Origin: Octopus sinensis
Taxonomy: Eukaryota
DNA: 64,000 nucleotides
Reading direction: 5' to 3'
Assembly (NCBI RefSeq): GCF_006345805.1
Contig: NC_043003.1
Coordinates: 24,304,001-24,368,000 of the forward strand
A program made the position numbers and the translations under genes. The notes beneath the pieces are model-generated. The model was given only the letters and a program-made list of their open reading frames with translations. It was not told the DNA's origin and ran no database searches. Below are positions 40,679 through 55,734 of the stretch, in pieces. Within the stretch, counting starts at the first letter, position 1. Every line of letters begins with the position of its first letter.

Positions 40679-41764
40679 ATTTCACCCATAAAGATGGGAA
40701 TGATTCAAAGCTACAGTAAAAAAATACACTTGCCCAAAGTCCCACGCCGCGAGATTACGTTCAAACTCACGTAGTTGAAATCTGAATATCTTAGCCACAC
40801 AGCTATGCCTAGTTCATAAACGATGGACAGTATTATGCTTTCAGCAAGCAAATTGGTAGCTTGATATTAATTCTATTTATTCGTTTGTGGTCTTTAATTC
40901 GTCTGGGGGGTCAGAAGTTGTTTGTACTTTTACGTTTGATCAGGATAAATGGCGATGTAACAAGAACTAAGGAACACAAAGGAACACACTTGAAAGCGCT
41001 TTAGACTTCTTGAATTATTTCCCTCGTGCTTTATCAGATCGATGAAATAAGTAACAAACGAATTCATTGGGTTCCATATGATCGATTTGAGTGGCGGTGT
41101 CCCAGTTTGGTTGCAGGCTAATGAATGAAGCGAAGAAGGCAAATAGAATAAAATGGAATCGCAACGTAGAGGCTCACTTATTATTGCTGTTGCGATTGTA
41201 GTTCATGATGATGATGGTAATGATAATGTTGCTTTGGTTACTGTTGTTGTTTTTGTTGATGATGAAAATTTTGACTTTGTTATTTAACTATAAAACATCT
41301 CTAATCAAGTTGCAGATTTATGACTAGAGACAATCCATTTATGACCGTCGCACCATCTTTTTCATATATGCTATTATACCGAGGCAATATAATCCAACGC
41401 GTCTTTTTCTAAGACCTTAGAAGATTCTGGAAGATTTCGCTGCTATTTAGAGCAGATCGAGCGAACATTTAGAGGCTATTTCGTTAACCCTATTGGGCAG
41501 CTTGTTCTAGCAGATCACGGCAGAACTTAGAATTTCCCTCATTGGCTTGTAAAAGCTTTATTATTCATCATATTGGATTGGAATAACTGTTCTGCACAAA
41601 ATAGAGATTACCAAGGAAATGGGTTTTATACATCGAAATGTCTATATGCATCGCCTGTATGCACTCTCATATCTCTCAGGAGAAAGTTTTCCTGTGTTAT
41701 TTTATAGATATTTCTCCCCATTTCTATCCCGATCCTGCAGACATTATCAAGGACATTCCGATCA

Positions 41765-41864
41765 NNNNNNNNNNNNNNNNNNNNNNNNNNNNNNNNNNNN
41801 NNNNNNNNNNNNNNNNNNNNNNNNNNNNNNNNNNNNNNNNNNNNNNNNNNNNNNNNNNNNNNNN
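41765..41864. other. Assembly gap (100 N)
   Basis: Run of N. Confidence 1.
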
Positions 41865-42190
41865 ATATCGTATGTCCAGCTGACAACAAAGTATGAGATA
41901 AGGAAGAAAAGTTGAGAGATATGACAGGTTAACTTGGGAAGTTAAGCAGTTGTGGTCGATGAAAAAAGTAGCAATAATTGTCGGAGCCCTGGGAATAGTG
42001 AGCAAAAGTCTCGAGAAGTGCGTGGAACAAATAGGAGCTGCAATAACGGTGGAGCACTTGCAGAAAACAGCACTGCTTGGAATCGCTCGAATACTCCGGA
42101 AGGTGCTCGAAAAATAAGAGGTGTTACTTTAATTCACTGGTAGTGAACAGCTGACACTGTAGTACATCACATCTCCAGCGTTAGAAGGCA
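41865..42190 (+). mobile_element. R4/Dong-like LINE 3' end (REL endonuclease C-terminus + UTR)
   Basis: IVCPADNKV..YDRLTWEVKQLWSMKKVAIIVGALGIVSKSLEKCVEQIGAAITVEHLQKTALLGIARILRKVLEK*. Confidence 0.85.
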
Positions 42191-42370
42191 TTTTCTATGC
42201 ATACCAGCCATCTTCGACTGTACGCAGTTGGATAACTGCCCATTTACATAATACCCATTTACATAATTGGTTCGAAACCAATTGGTAGATCGTCTCTAAT
42301 GGCCTCTGATACGTACTTTAATATGTATAGTATGTGTGTACGCATGTTGTATTATATATATATAATATAT

Positions 42371-42417
<47 letters not shown>

Positions 42418-42520
42418 CATATATATATATACATATAATAATATATATATATATATATATATACATATACATATGCATATACATATACATATACATATAC
42501 ATTACATTTTATATATATAC

Positions 42521-42570
<50 letters not shown>

Positions 42571-42615
42571 ATATATATAATATTATATTAATATATATAT
42601 AATAAATATAATATA

Positions 42616-42662
<47 letters not shown>

Positions 42663-44689
42663 AATATATTATATATATATATATATACAAACACACATAC
42701 ACAGATGTAGGTGCTTGAAATAGATTCAAAGTGATTGAATTTGGATCTATTTGTCTGTTTATTGCTAGTAAGAAACTTTATCTGTTGGCAGCTACGCTAT
42801 CGTTAAGGTCACTGAAACACCATTAAATTGTTGCTTTATTCGTTGTATTCAATACATTCAATCTATATACAAACCATTATAACCAAAAGCCAGACGAGAG
42901 AGAGCGAGATGGAGAGATAAAAGAAAACTCTGTGCGGTAGTTCGATCCACAAGTTATTATCAAATCATAAGGTATTATAGACTTTAAAAAAGACACATTC
43001 TGTACATCATTATCTGTATAAAATATGTCATGGTCATGGCTGGAACGTCTCTGGACACAGATCTGCAACGGCAACAGGAGCAACAACAGCAATAGTAACC
43101 ATAAATGCATATATTTACCATTATCAGAGTTGCTCAAATAACAGCAGTTCAAAGTCATCTTGACCTTAGCTGACCTCAACATAAATCTACCTCTGCTTTA
43201 TTACTTATCTTCGATAAAATCAATTGATTGATTGATAGTCATCTGATCGAATAAAGTCACGGTTTATTTATTTCCAAGAGCATCCTCTTCTTAATGAGCA
43301 AGAGTTTCCTTTATGAAAAGTTCATTATGGATAATAATTAGACTTTTGGCTAGGATAGCTATATGATACATTGGCTAAAAACTAGTTCGTTTTGTGTGAT
43401 ATGCTACATGCAGGAAGTAAGGTGAATAACGAGGCGTGTTTTGAAATATACTCAGAGAACAGTACATTCTAGAATTTTCAAAACCATTGTTCAGTTTGGC
43501 ACATAAAACTATGTTTAATCAAGCATTGGTGTGTAATCAAGTGGGTTTCGCTTCGTTTCATTCAGAATAATTGAAGAAATGCCATAGGTATTTTCAAAAG
43601 CCGGCAATATCTGAGGAGATGGTGTAGGAATTACAGCTTTCAATTTGGAATCCAAGCCCAGTAGCGTGTTTTATTTTTCGTTTATAGGATATGTGTGTGT
43701 GTGTGTGTGTATGAGCAAACATCTATCTATCTATCTATTTATTGTTAGTCTGTCTATATATCTATCTATCTAGCTAGCTAGCTAGCTTTCTACCTATCTA
43801 TCTATATATCTGTATGTATATATATATGTGTGTGTGGTTGTGTCCTCTATCTCTACTATCTATCTATATATATATATATAGATATATATAGATATATATA
43901 TCGGTCTATCTGTCTATCTATATATGGTATGTGAGCACTGTGTTGTGTATGTGTGCATAGCCGATATATGTATGGATATGAGTGTGTATGGCAGTGTACA
44001 TGTATATGAGTACTTGTATGCGTATATATGTACATATATATGCATATGAATAATGTATGTATATATATATATATAATATATATAATAATATATATTATAC
44101 ATGTATGCATATATATATATATGCACACATGTATGCATATATGTACGTATACACATACATACACGTGTGTAAACATTTTTGTATGTTCGTGTGTGTATGT
44201 GCGTATGTGTACGCATACGCGTGAATACATTTTGGTAGAAGTGAATTAAACGCTACATCGACCAACGCCCAGAAACTTGAAAAATATTTGATGATTATCA
44301 AGTTTTGGAATATTTTGTTCCTTGTATTTCTGCCTCTGATGGCGTTTACCTGGGAATATTTCACGTGTAAATTAAGCAAGTGTCTTCCTTATTAATTCCA
44401 CTTCGTTGTTTAACTATAGGTAAACTATGACCATCCTGCCTTAGTTTTATTTATAGTTTATCCCTTAAACAATAAACTATAAAGAGTCTGTAGTTTGGCT
44501 GTAAATATATTTCTGGTTTGAAAGAGATTTGCTGCCATCTCTAGCAGGGCAAGTGACTACGTAGTGGCTCCTTCATTAGCTCTACGATATTGCAGGATAA
44601 TGGATGATCCTTGATGACATAATATAAAATCAGGTTCTAGCTGTGATCTTGGGGGTTCCAAAACCGTAATAATTACACTAAAGCTAGAC

Positions 44690-46300
44690 CACAATTTTAT
44701 AACAACATTAATAAAGAAACTAGCATTGTCGCTTAGTGTTAAATTAGATAAGAAAGAAAAAAGAATAGATTCCTCCCCCAAAAAGAGGCCTTTATAACTA
44801 TTAAAGAGCATAAAAAGAGCTTCGTATCTAATCCTAAATGTAAACTTATTAACCCAGCAAAATCAGAAATTGGTATTATTAGTAGAGAAATTTTAGGAAA
44901 AAAAAATCAATGCAAAATTCAGAAATGCTACTAGGTTAGTACAATGGTCAAATAGTATAAATGTCGTTGACTGGTTTAAAGCCATTAGGAATAAAAACAA
45001 AGCGAGATTTACACAATTTGATATTGTAGATTTCTATGCTTCTATATATAAGGAACAGCTAGATAAAGCCCTTCGCTAGCGAATTTATAGAAATTAGTAC
45101 ACAAGATAAGGACATAATATTCCATACTAGAAAGACATTACTCTTCGTTGAGAACGCAGAGTGGTTTAAGACAACCGATACAGAGGGTGCTTTCGATGTG
45201 AGCATGGGATCATATGAGGAAGCAGGCATATGCGATCTCATTGGACTATTCCTACTCGATACGTTGGGTAAAACTTTCCCTGGTATATATTTCGCCATTT
45301 ACAAAGATGATGCTCTGGAATTTAACCATAAACACCAATGGACCAGCGCAAGATCAGTTTAGGAAGGACATTATCCAAATGATGAAAGCATTCGATCTTA
45401 GCTTAACAATATATACCAACCTAACAGTTGTCAATTTCCTAGTTGTCAATGTATCTTTATATTTAAATAAGAATATTTACAAACCCTATAGAAAGTCCAA
45501 CGACAGACTTAGCGATATTAATGTAGGTTCCTACCATCCCTCCATTGTGTTTTAGTCTCTCCTCCAATATAAACATTTTTAATAGTGTTGCGCAATATAT
45601 AATAAAGCTCTAAAAGATTGTGGTTTTAGCGAGGAAATAACCTATACACCTGTTATTAGTCTAGTAACAAAGAAAAGGAAAAATAGGAATAGGAAAATTA
45701 TCTGGCTCACACCACCTTACTCACCCGAAGTGACCTTTAACATAGGTAAATATTTCTTATCACTTATAGATTGGCATTTTCCAATCAATCATAATTATAG
45801 AAGCCTTCAGGCATAACCTGAAAATTAGTTTTAGTTCTACTGCTAACTTTAAAAATATAATTGCACACAACAAACAAAAACAACAAAATGAAACCAGCTG
45901 TTCATATAGGGATAAAAATTTGTGCCCGCTAAATGGAGCTTGTAGAACCAATCTACAACAACTAAGGACATAGTTTCATCAAAGAAATATGTGGGTCTCA
46001 CAGAGGGAAATTTTAAAGCCAGGTTCAACAACCAGCCTTAAGCTTCAGACACTGGGATAAAAGGAAAACAACCAAATTATCCAGTTATATGTGGTCCTTA
46101 AAAGGCAAAGGTGTCAACTATAAGATTCACTGGAAGATCTTGGCCAAGTGTAAGCCTTACACCAACGGCAGTGGAAAGTGCGGTCTTTGCGATATGGAAA
46201 GATGACTTATCTAGAAAAGTTCTTTAGACCCTGCTACATGTCTAAATCCATGAACTGAACTTTTTGGGTCATGTCTAAATATGGCAAAACATTTGCTACG
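44690..46300 (+). mobile_element. Penelope-like element, degraded RT + GIY-YIG endonuclease
   Basis: INPAKSEIG, QFDIVDFYASI, FDVSMGSY, YKDD (45300-45311), YKPYRK, IIWLTPPYS, KKYVGLTEGNFKARF, WKILAKCKPY..KCGLC. Many stops and frameshifts. Confidence 0.88.
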
Positions 46301-47120
46301 GTTCTGCCCCACCCCCCCACCAAGATCACAGATAGAGCCTGCTTTTTATATTATATCCACGTACAAGCCTTTCATATGTCTTAACATCTCATATATTTAT
46401 ATATATTTTATTACTTTATATATTTTACTGTATATTATTTTTCACCTTTATAATTGTATAATTCATACGCGTATAGCATATACCTAATACATATGTGCGT
46501 GCATATATACATGTGTACGGGCGATTGTGTAAATACGAGTACAAAACTCTACCTGTTGTACTTGTCTCCTTCCTTCATAAATATATGCATATACATACGT
46601 TTATATATCTGCAGGTGTAGATGTGTTTGACAGACAGGAGGGTGTATTTGTGTATATACATATATATACATATATTTGTATATTCAAGTTTTGCGGCGAA
46701 TGTGAATGTTTTACGGTTTATATTTTTTGCGTATGTGTTTTTATTTGTATATGTTTTCCGAGTATGTATATGCATATGCACATAAACTACGTTTTGTATA
46801 TCCGCGTATGTATGTGCGTGTGCGTATAGAGATGTATATATGAGCGTAGTGATGCGTGCATGGGTATATATGCGTGTGTATGTGCGTGTATGCGTAGACA
46901 TATATATATGTATATATGTGTGTTTGTATGTATATGCACACGTGTGTGTGAGTATATATATATATATATATACATACGTGTGTGTGTTTGTGTGCATACA
47001 TGTATATGTGTGTATATATGAGTGCATATACGGATTCTATGCATGAAGTATTACTTTTACCATGCCTATTGGAGTAATTTCCTTTTATTCAACAGTTTTT
47101 TATTCATAGCGTTTTGTCTT

Positions 47121-47180
47121 AACAACTGATGAGATGCCGGAGCAGACTTCAGCCCCGGTATCCGAAACTCTGAGTTTTAT
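47121..47180 (+). ncRNA. Type I hammerhead-ribozyme motif downstream of the Penelope-like element
   Basis: aacaa-CTGATGA(47126)-GATGCCGG..CCGGTATC-c-GAAA(47164)-CTC-t-GAG-TT-ttatt. Confidence 0.65.
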
Positions 47181-49224
47181 TATGACAAACAGCTGTCACA
47201 TATATTTATAGATAAATTCCTCTATTTTACATAATATCGAGGCCTCATTCATTCTTTTGTTGTCATATTATTATTAATATATATATATATATATATAAAC
47301 ATATAGCATGAACTCACTTCACTATATATGAACTTTTGATGTCTGACTCTATTGTATATTATATATGAATTTTTTATATTTGATAGCATGAACTATCTTT
47401 TTTATATATAATTTTTTTTGTAAGGTTCATTTCAAGAACCGAAACATGTTAAATAACTAATGTATATATAAAATTAAAAATTGTCTAATATAGCAGCATT
47501 TTCGAACTTCATTTTTTACAAATATATACCCACTCGTATACGAGCTAATCTTATTATAAATATATATATATATATTATATATATATATATATATATTCGA
47601 TTATTTTTTTCAAAAAAAACATGTTTATTATGGACTTCCGGTAATGCATGCGCAATTATATGCATTAACCTCTTTTGTACTGTCTCCAGTTGGAGTGAAG
47701 TGTTCATGACCGGAACGCACTTTATGCGCATGCGCGAACACGAGTAAGTTCTCAGTGGAATTTCTACTTGGCAAACATTGCATGTTCGAATAGGTGTACA
47801 ATTTCATTTGCTAGTTGTGCGGATACAAGCCGTTCAAAAATGTTCATGCTTTTTTCTTACACATTTCTTATCATTATTAATAGTGTGTGTTTTCTTCCTA
47901 CTTCTTTAATACTAATACTATTTTGTTTTAAGCCTGTTTCTGTTGCTAACAACGTTTTGCATTGAAATCCTTTCCAGTAGGATTCGCTCTTATCATTACT
48001 GCAAATATTTCATTTTTCCTTTTTTTTCAGTTAATATTCTCCATTTCTTCATCATTGTTTTATAATATTAACTGCACGTTCTCTTAACAACTGCTTTGCA
48101 ATGTTTCATGATATAACTGTCTGCTTTAAATTTTCCCTTTTCAGCTGTTGCATACTTTGCAAGTGTTCTACTAAAAATTAATGTTTCATTGCTTTAAAAA
48201 CGGTAAATATACTTTCAGTAATTTTCTTTTCAACATAAGTAATAGTAAGATTACATTGCTATTAAATATCTACATACCGGCTTGCTTTGTTTCACTTTCA
48301 TTTTGTCTGGAACAATATTTGATTAAATAACTATATGTTATATATAAACAAACAATAAACTTCTTTCGTTCGGTGTGCATCAAAAGGGTAACAGTAATAT
48401 GAATGAAATGAGCTTAATTATTCACTATACATAAGCATAGATAACGGTTATTACAATGATACTGTGTTTAGTAACGAATACTAGCTGTATCAAAAATGCA
48501 CTGAAGTATCTGTATATATATATATATATATGGGTAATATTAGGGCAATAATTTTTTATTACTTTATAAATGTACGTTCTCTTAACATAATTGCATTCGA
48601 CCTTTTACGTTTTCCACTGTTGAAGTTCGAGTTTCCTTCGTATCGCATGTCTTACCATCATTCATCCCACATGCATTTCATATGTATACTTATTCATTTT
48701 ACGCTATAGGAATATATGATACAATAATGTCTTATCACTGTGATAGATGTAACCGCAAAGACAGCGTATTCCCACTAGTACAGTAATCTTTCGCCATATC
48801 GCGACTTTACTTTTGTCCTCATTCATTATTTCCCGCGCCTATCCCATTCCTTTCTTTTCTCTCTCCCCACTCTCTCTCTCTCTTCTAGTCACTCACTCAC
48901 AACCTATGTCTGTCTATCATGATGTCTGTCTTTCTCACTCTATATATCTACGTTAACCATTTTCATACTCGCTAAGCACTTGATTTAACCCTTCAACATG
49001 AACGTAACATTCAAAATACTGCCTGGATTTACCTGAAATTTTACTTAAGGGCTTATATCTTCACCGAAGTACGGACCAACCTCCATACTCCCTGGAAGAA
49101 AATGAGCTGTGAACTTTATTCTCCTGTATTCTTCTATTTACTGTTTTACTCGTTATTTTCTATCGACTATTTTATTCCATTATAAACTGAATTCACTGAC
49201 TAAAACTTTCATACATACTCATCT

Positions 49225-49302
49225 TGTCTCTGATAACGGAATACCCAGTGTATGGAGATGCTAACCTATCACTTGGGACATCCCAGAAACAGCTATAAGA
49301 CA
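49225..49302 (+). ncRNA. Degenerate type I hammerhead motif
   Basis: tgtct-CTGATAA...long stem II...GAAA-cagcta-TA-agaca. Stem I tgtct/agaca intact; core G>A change. Confidence 0.55.
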
Positions 49303-49423
49303 TCCAATAATTAATTAATTACGTCAAATTCACCTTACTCAAATCAAATATTCTAAATGAATTGGGATACACGTCTTGCCTTGATTTTTGTTTTCCTTTT
49401 TCCTCTAACACACACACACACAC

Positions 49424-49460
<37 letters not shown>

Positions 49461-50354
49461 CATACCATACATATATACATCGTCAAACACACGCACAAAG
49501 ACACGCACACGCATAATAGACTTCCGCACAAAATCCAGCCAACAAATTCATTCACAACGCGTCGATCGCCCTGGGGTTTTAGTAGAAGACACTTGCTCTA
49601 GGTGTTGCACAGTAGGACTGAACCCGAAAGCATGTAGTTGCGAAGCTAACTTCTTAACCTCCCTGAAAAGCAGGGATCGGTTATGTGCTCAATATTGAAT
49701 ACCCTGTGGAGCCTATGAGGTTATTTAATGGATCGGTAAACACCTGTAACGACTTTGATGATTAAGGGTACTGAATTATTAGCGAACCGAATGTTAGAAA
49801 GCCATAATTTAAGGCTATAACTCACTAATTTCCAGCCAAATATCGATGCAGTAACTAGTGTTCATCAAATATATACATTTTTCACATCAAATATTTCCAT
49901 TATATCAATATATACGGCTGAATTCTTTTGTTCATTATTAATTTTGTTAAGTATTTTTATTAAATTTCATTAAATTCCTATTATTAAAAATGTCACAAAT
50001 GAACAAGCAATTATTGTTTTTTAGACAATATTTTTTGTATTAATTATAATATTTAATTTCATTTTAGAAATTTACATGATGGAGGTTAATAAGTTATCAA
50101 CAATTTTTTGAAGGAGTCAATGATGTATGAAGTTCGTCGACCCCTGATCTTGAGCGTTTAAAATCTATATACAACACAATAGATGACTGCAATAAAATAT
50201 CTAATCGACTATTTTTGGAAAATACTGACGATGTGGATAAGAGTGGAACTAGTATTTAAAGCAAACTGGTGAACACAACGGTCATGTTTCAGTCTTGTTG
50301 AACCTCCTCAGAGAAGCATATTCTACTCTGTGAGCAAGAGCCACTCCATCTACA

Positions 50355-50705
50355 TTACTCTTTTTACTCTTTTACTCTTTTACTTGTTTCAGTCAGTTGA
50401 CTGCGGCCATGCTGGAGCACCACCTTTAATCGAGCAACTCGACCCCGGGACTTATTCTTTTTGTAAGCCCAGTACTTATTCTATCGGTCTCTTTTGCCGA
50501 ACCGCTAAGTGACGGGGACATAAACACACCAGCATCGGTTGTCAAGCAATGCTTGGGGGACAAACACACACACACACACATATATACGACAGGCTTCTTT
50601 CAGTTTCCGTCTACCAAATCCACTCACAAGGCATTGGTCGGCCCGGGGCAAGAGCAGAAGACACTTGCCCAAGATGCCACGCAGTGGGACTGAACCCGGA
50701 ACCAT
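50355..50705 (-). mobile_element. SINE family A (head truncated)
   Basis: Near-identical by eye to the 14957 copy, with a (CTCTTTTA)n tail. Confidence 0.92.
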
Positions 50706-50769
50706 TGTTTATATATGTTTTTAAATTTTGATTTAGATGATTTTTATCACCCTTTCATCATTCATCTTT

Positions 50770-51075
50770 ACTTCTTTCTATCATTGGACAGCACCCATGC
50801 TGGGGCACCGCCTTGAAGAGTAATAGTCGAACAAATTGACCACAACACTTATGTTTTTGTTTGAGTTTGTTTTTGCTGTTTTATGTTTGGTAGTTATTCT
50901 ATCGGTCTCTTTTAACAAATCGCTGGCTTTCTGTGACGTAAACAAACCAATACCGGGTGTCAGGCGGCAAGGTTAGGCAAAAGAAACACAGCACAATGAC
51001 ACACACATGCATAGATTTATATATGTTACTGTGTGTATGTATGTGTGTGAATAACCACACACTCACATACACACA

Positions 51076-51115
<40 letters not shown>

Positions 51116-51280
51116 CACACACATATGTCGGGCTTCCACAGTTTCCGTCTACCAAATTCACTCTCAAGAGAATTGTCGACCCGGAGCTGTAATAAAAGGC
51201 ACCTGCCAAGATGCCGGGCAGTGGAACTAAATCTGAAACCACGAAGTAACAAAGCTAGTTTCCTAATCGCGCAACCATAA
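50770..51280 (-). mobile_element. Older SINE family A copy
   Basis: catgctggggcaccgcc...ctatcggtctc...gtttccgtctaccaaattcac with internal (CA)n. Confidence 0.75.
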
Positions 51281-51924
51281 TTGCATTCTTGTTGGTTCTT
51301 CGTTTGTTCAGCATTTTTCTTTTGTAGATTTTCAAAATCCTCTCTAAAGAGAGTTTGTGTCTACTAATTGCACGGATATCAGTTAATCGAAGTTTCGTCT
51401 TTCATTTTCAGCTCACTATATTACACATTGCAGCATGAGCTCCTTTGTAACTTAAATAGCTTACCTTTTCTCCGCGGCCATTTACTCAGACATGTAAATA
51501 GAGACACTACGTACAAAAGGCTTATAACTATACACACAATAAGTATGAAAGAGAGGGGGATGAGAGAAAAGGAGTGGGAGAAGGAGAGAAGAGGATTGGG
51601 AGAGAGGAGGAAGGGAAGAGAGGATGAAGGGGAGAGAGGAGGAAGGGAAGAGAGGAGGAATGGAGAGAGGAGGAAGGGGAGAGATGGAGGGAGCGTATGT
51701 TGAGTAGAAGATGTTGAATTCTGCATGGATGAATAAATATTGGAGAGATGAAATTACGAAGCTTCACAGAGATATATGAACTCAGACATAACTCTCTGGT
51801 TGATATGTGTGTATGTAGGTATACATAGACGCATAGTTGTGCACACACATAGACATTACAGACACACACACACACGCACATATATATATGTACATATATA
51901 AATATATGCATCCTTGTGTACACA

Positions 51925-51969
<45 letters not shown>

Positions 51970-52125
51970 TTATACCTACAGAAACAGATGTTGTATATGT
52001 GTGTGGGTGTGCATACATACATATACATACACATATATAAACGTATGTGCGTGTGTGTATACACGCATACATATATTCTATGCATGTGTGCACATTCATA
52101 TGTATATATATATATATGAATGTAC

Positions 52126-52156
<31 letters not shown>

Positions 52157-53059
52157 AATATGTATGCATATATGTATATATGTATATATATATATGTATC
52201 TGTATATATTTAAGCTCGCATGCGCACGCGTGGGCACACACACAGACACATACACGCACACACACATAAGCACATTGGCAAATAGGACCACGTAAGCGCT
52301 GAGATAGTTAGATAGTCAGAGCGAGATAGATGTATGGATAAAACGAAGGAATTGCTGACTGGCTGGATAGATAAATTATTGATAGATAGATAAATAGGTA
52401 GATATCATAGATTCTGTCGCTTAATCGTGTGGAACCAACTTAACAATACACCAATTAACGGTTTAATACACATGCTAAGCAACTATATTAAATTTGGTGA
52501 AAACCAGTTATCAATAGGAGTCATTGATCTCTTCCTCACACTTGTACGATCAAACAACTATTATTCTTTACCTCTGTACAAACTACATTATTCACTTCTC
52601 ACTCTCTCTTTCTCTACCTCTTCCTCCTCTCTTTCTCTCTCTTTCTCTGTTTCTCGTTCTCTTATCTGTATATCCTTTTTATTTGCTTCAACTTCTCTCA
52701 TTTCGTAAAGTATATGGTGGGAAGGTTTTTCGCACTGCAACTAAGTAAATTTCGGTTCGATCTCTCCGTAGCTTGGTAACTTAGACAATTCGATTAAAGT
52801 TTGGGCTGCCTGATCTCATCCACAGTTGCGACATGCTTGGAGGAACACAGTATATATAGTGTAATATCTTTTATACCAAACACCTGAGAGGACACAGACT
52901 ACACTGTAATACAACAAGCTGCACTGTGGTTAGCCGGCATTTAAAAACAGTTTCAGAAGAATCCCGGTAACCGCCAGGATTACATATCTCTTTGAAACCT
53001 TTTATTGTAATAGAAAAATAACTATATATAAGCTAAATTCAAATGCTAAATTCAAAATT

Positions 53060-53745
53060 TTACGAAAGTAAAAAATTTTTTACCTGTACGGTATTTTTTT
53101 CGGTTGACATTTTAAATCTCGCGGCGTGCCTGCAGGAATTTAAGCTCTCGCCTCTTTGATTCAATGCATGTTTGTCCTGGAACAGGATGAAGAACTTTTC
53201 TGAGAGGCAAAGATTACACTTCATAGGTCTTCTATAAGATCCGTGTTCGTACGGTGGGGATTTTTCCGAAATTGTCCAGCTGATATTGAAAGGACGGATG
53301 TCATTCTCCTTCAATTCCCAGACATGTTTTGCAAGACTTGTTGGTGTCCTATTCTCGAATTATCGGAAAGAATCTCGGTGGGGATAAAACCGAGTCTTGA
53401 ATATATTTATATTTTATATTCTTGTGAGCCATCTATTTGCACTTTAGTTCTATAAACAATTCTTTTTTCAAGACATTTACCTTCTAACGGACAGCAAGTG
53501 TTATCTTTGAAATTGCAGTTCCTCAGATTAGATTCAGCACTGTGGTTGTTTAATAATTTTTGCATTATACTGATTAATAAAAGAGGCGAAGTTTTTGCAA
53601 CAAGAATAGCTAACCTTCATTGTTCCCCTATTAAAAATTCTATAGAACTTATGGCTAGATTGAAAATGTTTAGAGGCTAATTTTAAGAATTCTCTGCGTA
53701 TATTAGTTTTTACAGCAATTTTAAATGCCAGATTAAACCACAAAA
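53060..53745 (-). mobile_element. Penelope-like element GIY-YIG/C-terminal fragment
   Basis: ORFs WFNLAFKIAVKTNIRREFLKL..KHF..FNRGTMKVSYSC, CPLEGKCL and ISWTI...KCNLCLSEKFFIL...SCRH. Confidence 0.82.
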
Positions 53746-54104
53746 CGTTCCTAGTTCTAGTTCTTCATAGTCTATTGTTGTTATAATTAGTTTGACTATA
53801 CTGGATATATATATATATATATTATATATATATATTATATATATATATATATATACATATATATATACCTTTCTATGTGTATGGTATATAACAATTGAGA
53901 AGGAGAAAATAGTTAAAGGAAAAAGGCAAGGGAGGCAAAACTGAGAAAAGAAAAATATAGAAGTGGAAAAGAAAATACAACATGTCAAAAACTAATGCAA
54001 GTAAAAATTGCATTTTTTCTCACTCACACTCGTAGAAAAAAAAAGAAACTTAAGAAGAATGCGAGAGGAAGAAAGCATTTGCTAGGATAATTCGAGGGTT
54101 CTGT

Positions 54105-54301
54105 AACTGTTATTGGTCTAGGAGCAGACCACGCAGTTTGGGATTCAATCCCACTGCGCGGCACTCACTGTCTTCCAAACCCGCCTGCACACTTAGACAT
54201 CGGGGTGGCGTCATGTGAAGGTTAAAAGTATGCAAAAGAGCATTATGACCAGCGATGTGTAACAACATCTGATAGCCTGATCAGTCACGTGATCACGTGA
54301 T
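54105..54301 (+). mobile_element. Short retroposon (tRNA-like head) ending in TCACGTGATCACGTGA
   Basis: ggattcaatcccactgcgcggcac head; the 3' part is shared with 57322-57441. Confidence 0.6.
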
Positions 54302-54308
54302 ATATATA

Positions 54309-54350
<42 letters not shown>

Positions 54351-54425
54351 AAAACAACAGGTAATCTAAACTGCGCGGTGATTTACTCATCATCCATTTA
54401 TACATTTTGTACAATTTCTCCATTA

Positions 54426-54466
<41 letters not shown>

Positions 54467-54940
54467 AAGGTTGGAGATGATGTACAGGTATTATATATTA
54501 GAAGAAATGAGGTAATCAGAAGATCGGATGGTTCATGTTTATAGATATTTATTTATATATTACATTTTTTACATATATATATCATATCATTCAGATCATA
54601 TCATTCAGATCATATCATTCAGATTATTAGCGCTTTCTCCCATTCCAGTGGGGTTTTCAAATCAAATGTATATATATATATATATATATATACAAGTATG
54701 TGTGCTCCAGGATGACCACAATCTAATGACTGAAGTGACGAAAAGATAAAAGGTATATAAATATCAACAAACCAAGTGTGAACACAAAAGAAGTAAACCT
54801 CAATATCGTTAAAAATAAGGGACTAAATTTATTGACTGATACAAATATAGTGACTAACATACAGGATTTTAAGTACCAGATTTAAGAATAAGTCCTGAGG
54901 TTAATTTGTTCGAATTTAGTTAGTTAGTTAGTTAGTTAGG

Positions 54941-54971
<31 letters not shown>

Positions 54972-54972
54972 G

Positions 54973-55048
<76 letters not shown>

Positions 55049-55432
55049 AACAGCATGACTCCAGCCCAGTGTCTGGAATAAGTAAAAAAAAAACAAGAAA
55101 AATAGATACTCATATACAGTGAGAAACATCGAGAGAGAAAAGTGTACAAGACAAAGTGAGAGAAAAGAGAGAACGTGGATGGAAAATGAAAAGGAAAGAA
55201 AAATAAAGTAAATATAGAAGTAGAAAATGGTGAGTAATTGTATGTGGGAAGAGAGAGAGGCTGTGAGAGAGAGACGTCATAGCTATGACGTAAAAATACT
55301 TTCTAGCCAATGAGAAAACTTCGCTCCACTTGTTAGAGAGCTTTCAGCTTGACATGACGTTAAAATTTAAGATGCCAATTTTGTCGCTTTGTATCCCGTT
55401 CTAGATATCGAAATAAATACGTACACACAGAC

Positions 55433-55475
<43 letters not shown>

Positions 55476-55734
55476 GGCACACGCACACGTACACACATAT
55501 ACTTGTGTGCGCACGCATTCACTCGCACGTACACATACACACAGACACAAGCAAACGCACATTCACATATCCATTTTCCTGTGCGCGCAGTCAGTTTGTG
55601 TGTGTGTGTGTCACACCCGAATATGTATACGTATAAGTTTGTATATACATATGTATGTATGTATGTATGTATGTATGCATGCATGCATGCATGTATGTAT
55701 GTATGTATGTATGTATGTGTAAATATATGTCCAG

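Noticed and set aside
42877-43182. 101-aa ORF with a Leu-rich, signal-peptide-like stretch
   Set aside because: The Leu run comes from a (TTG/CTG)n tract and the rest overlaps an old repeat.
49671-50147. Possible hAT element (cagggatcg ... cgacccctg); also the hAT-like start cagttgttctcaacc at 26651
   Set aside because: TIR match is only about 9 bp, with no 8-bp TSD or transposase remnant.
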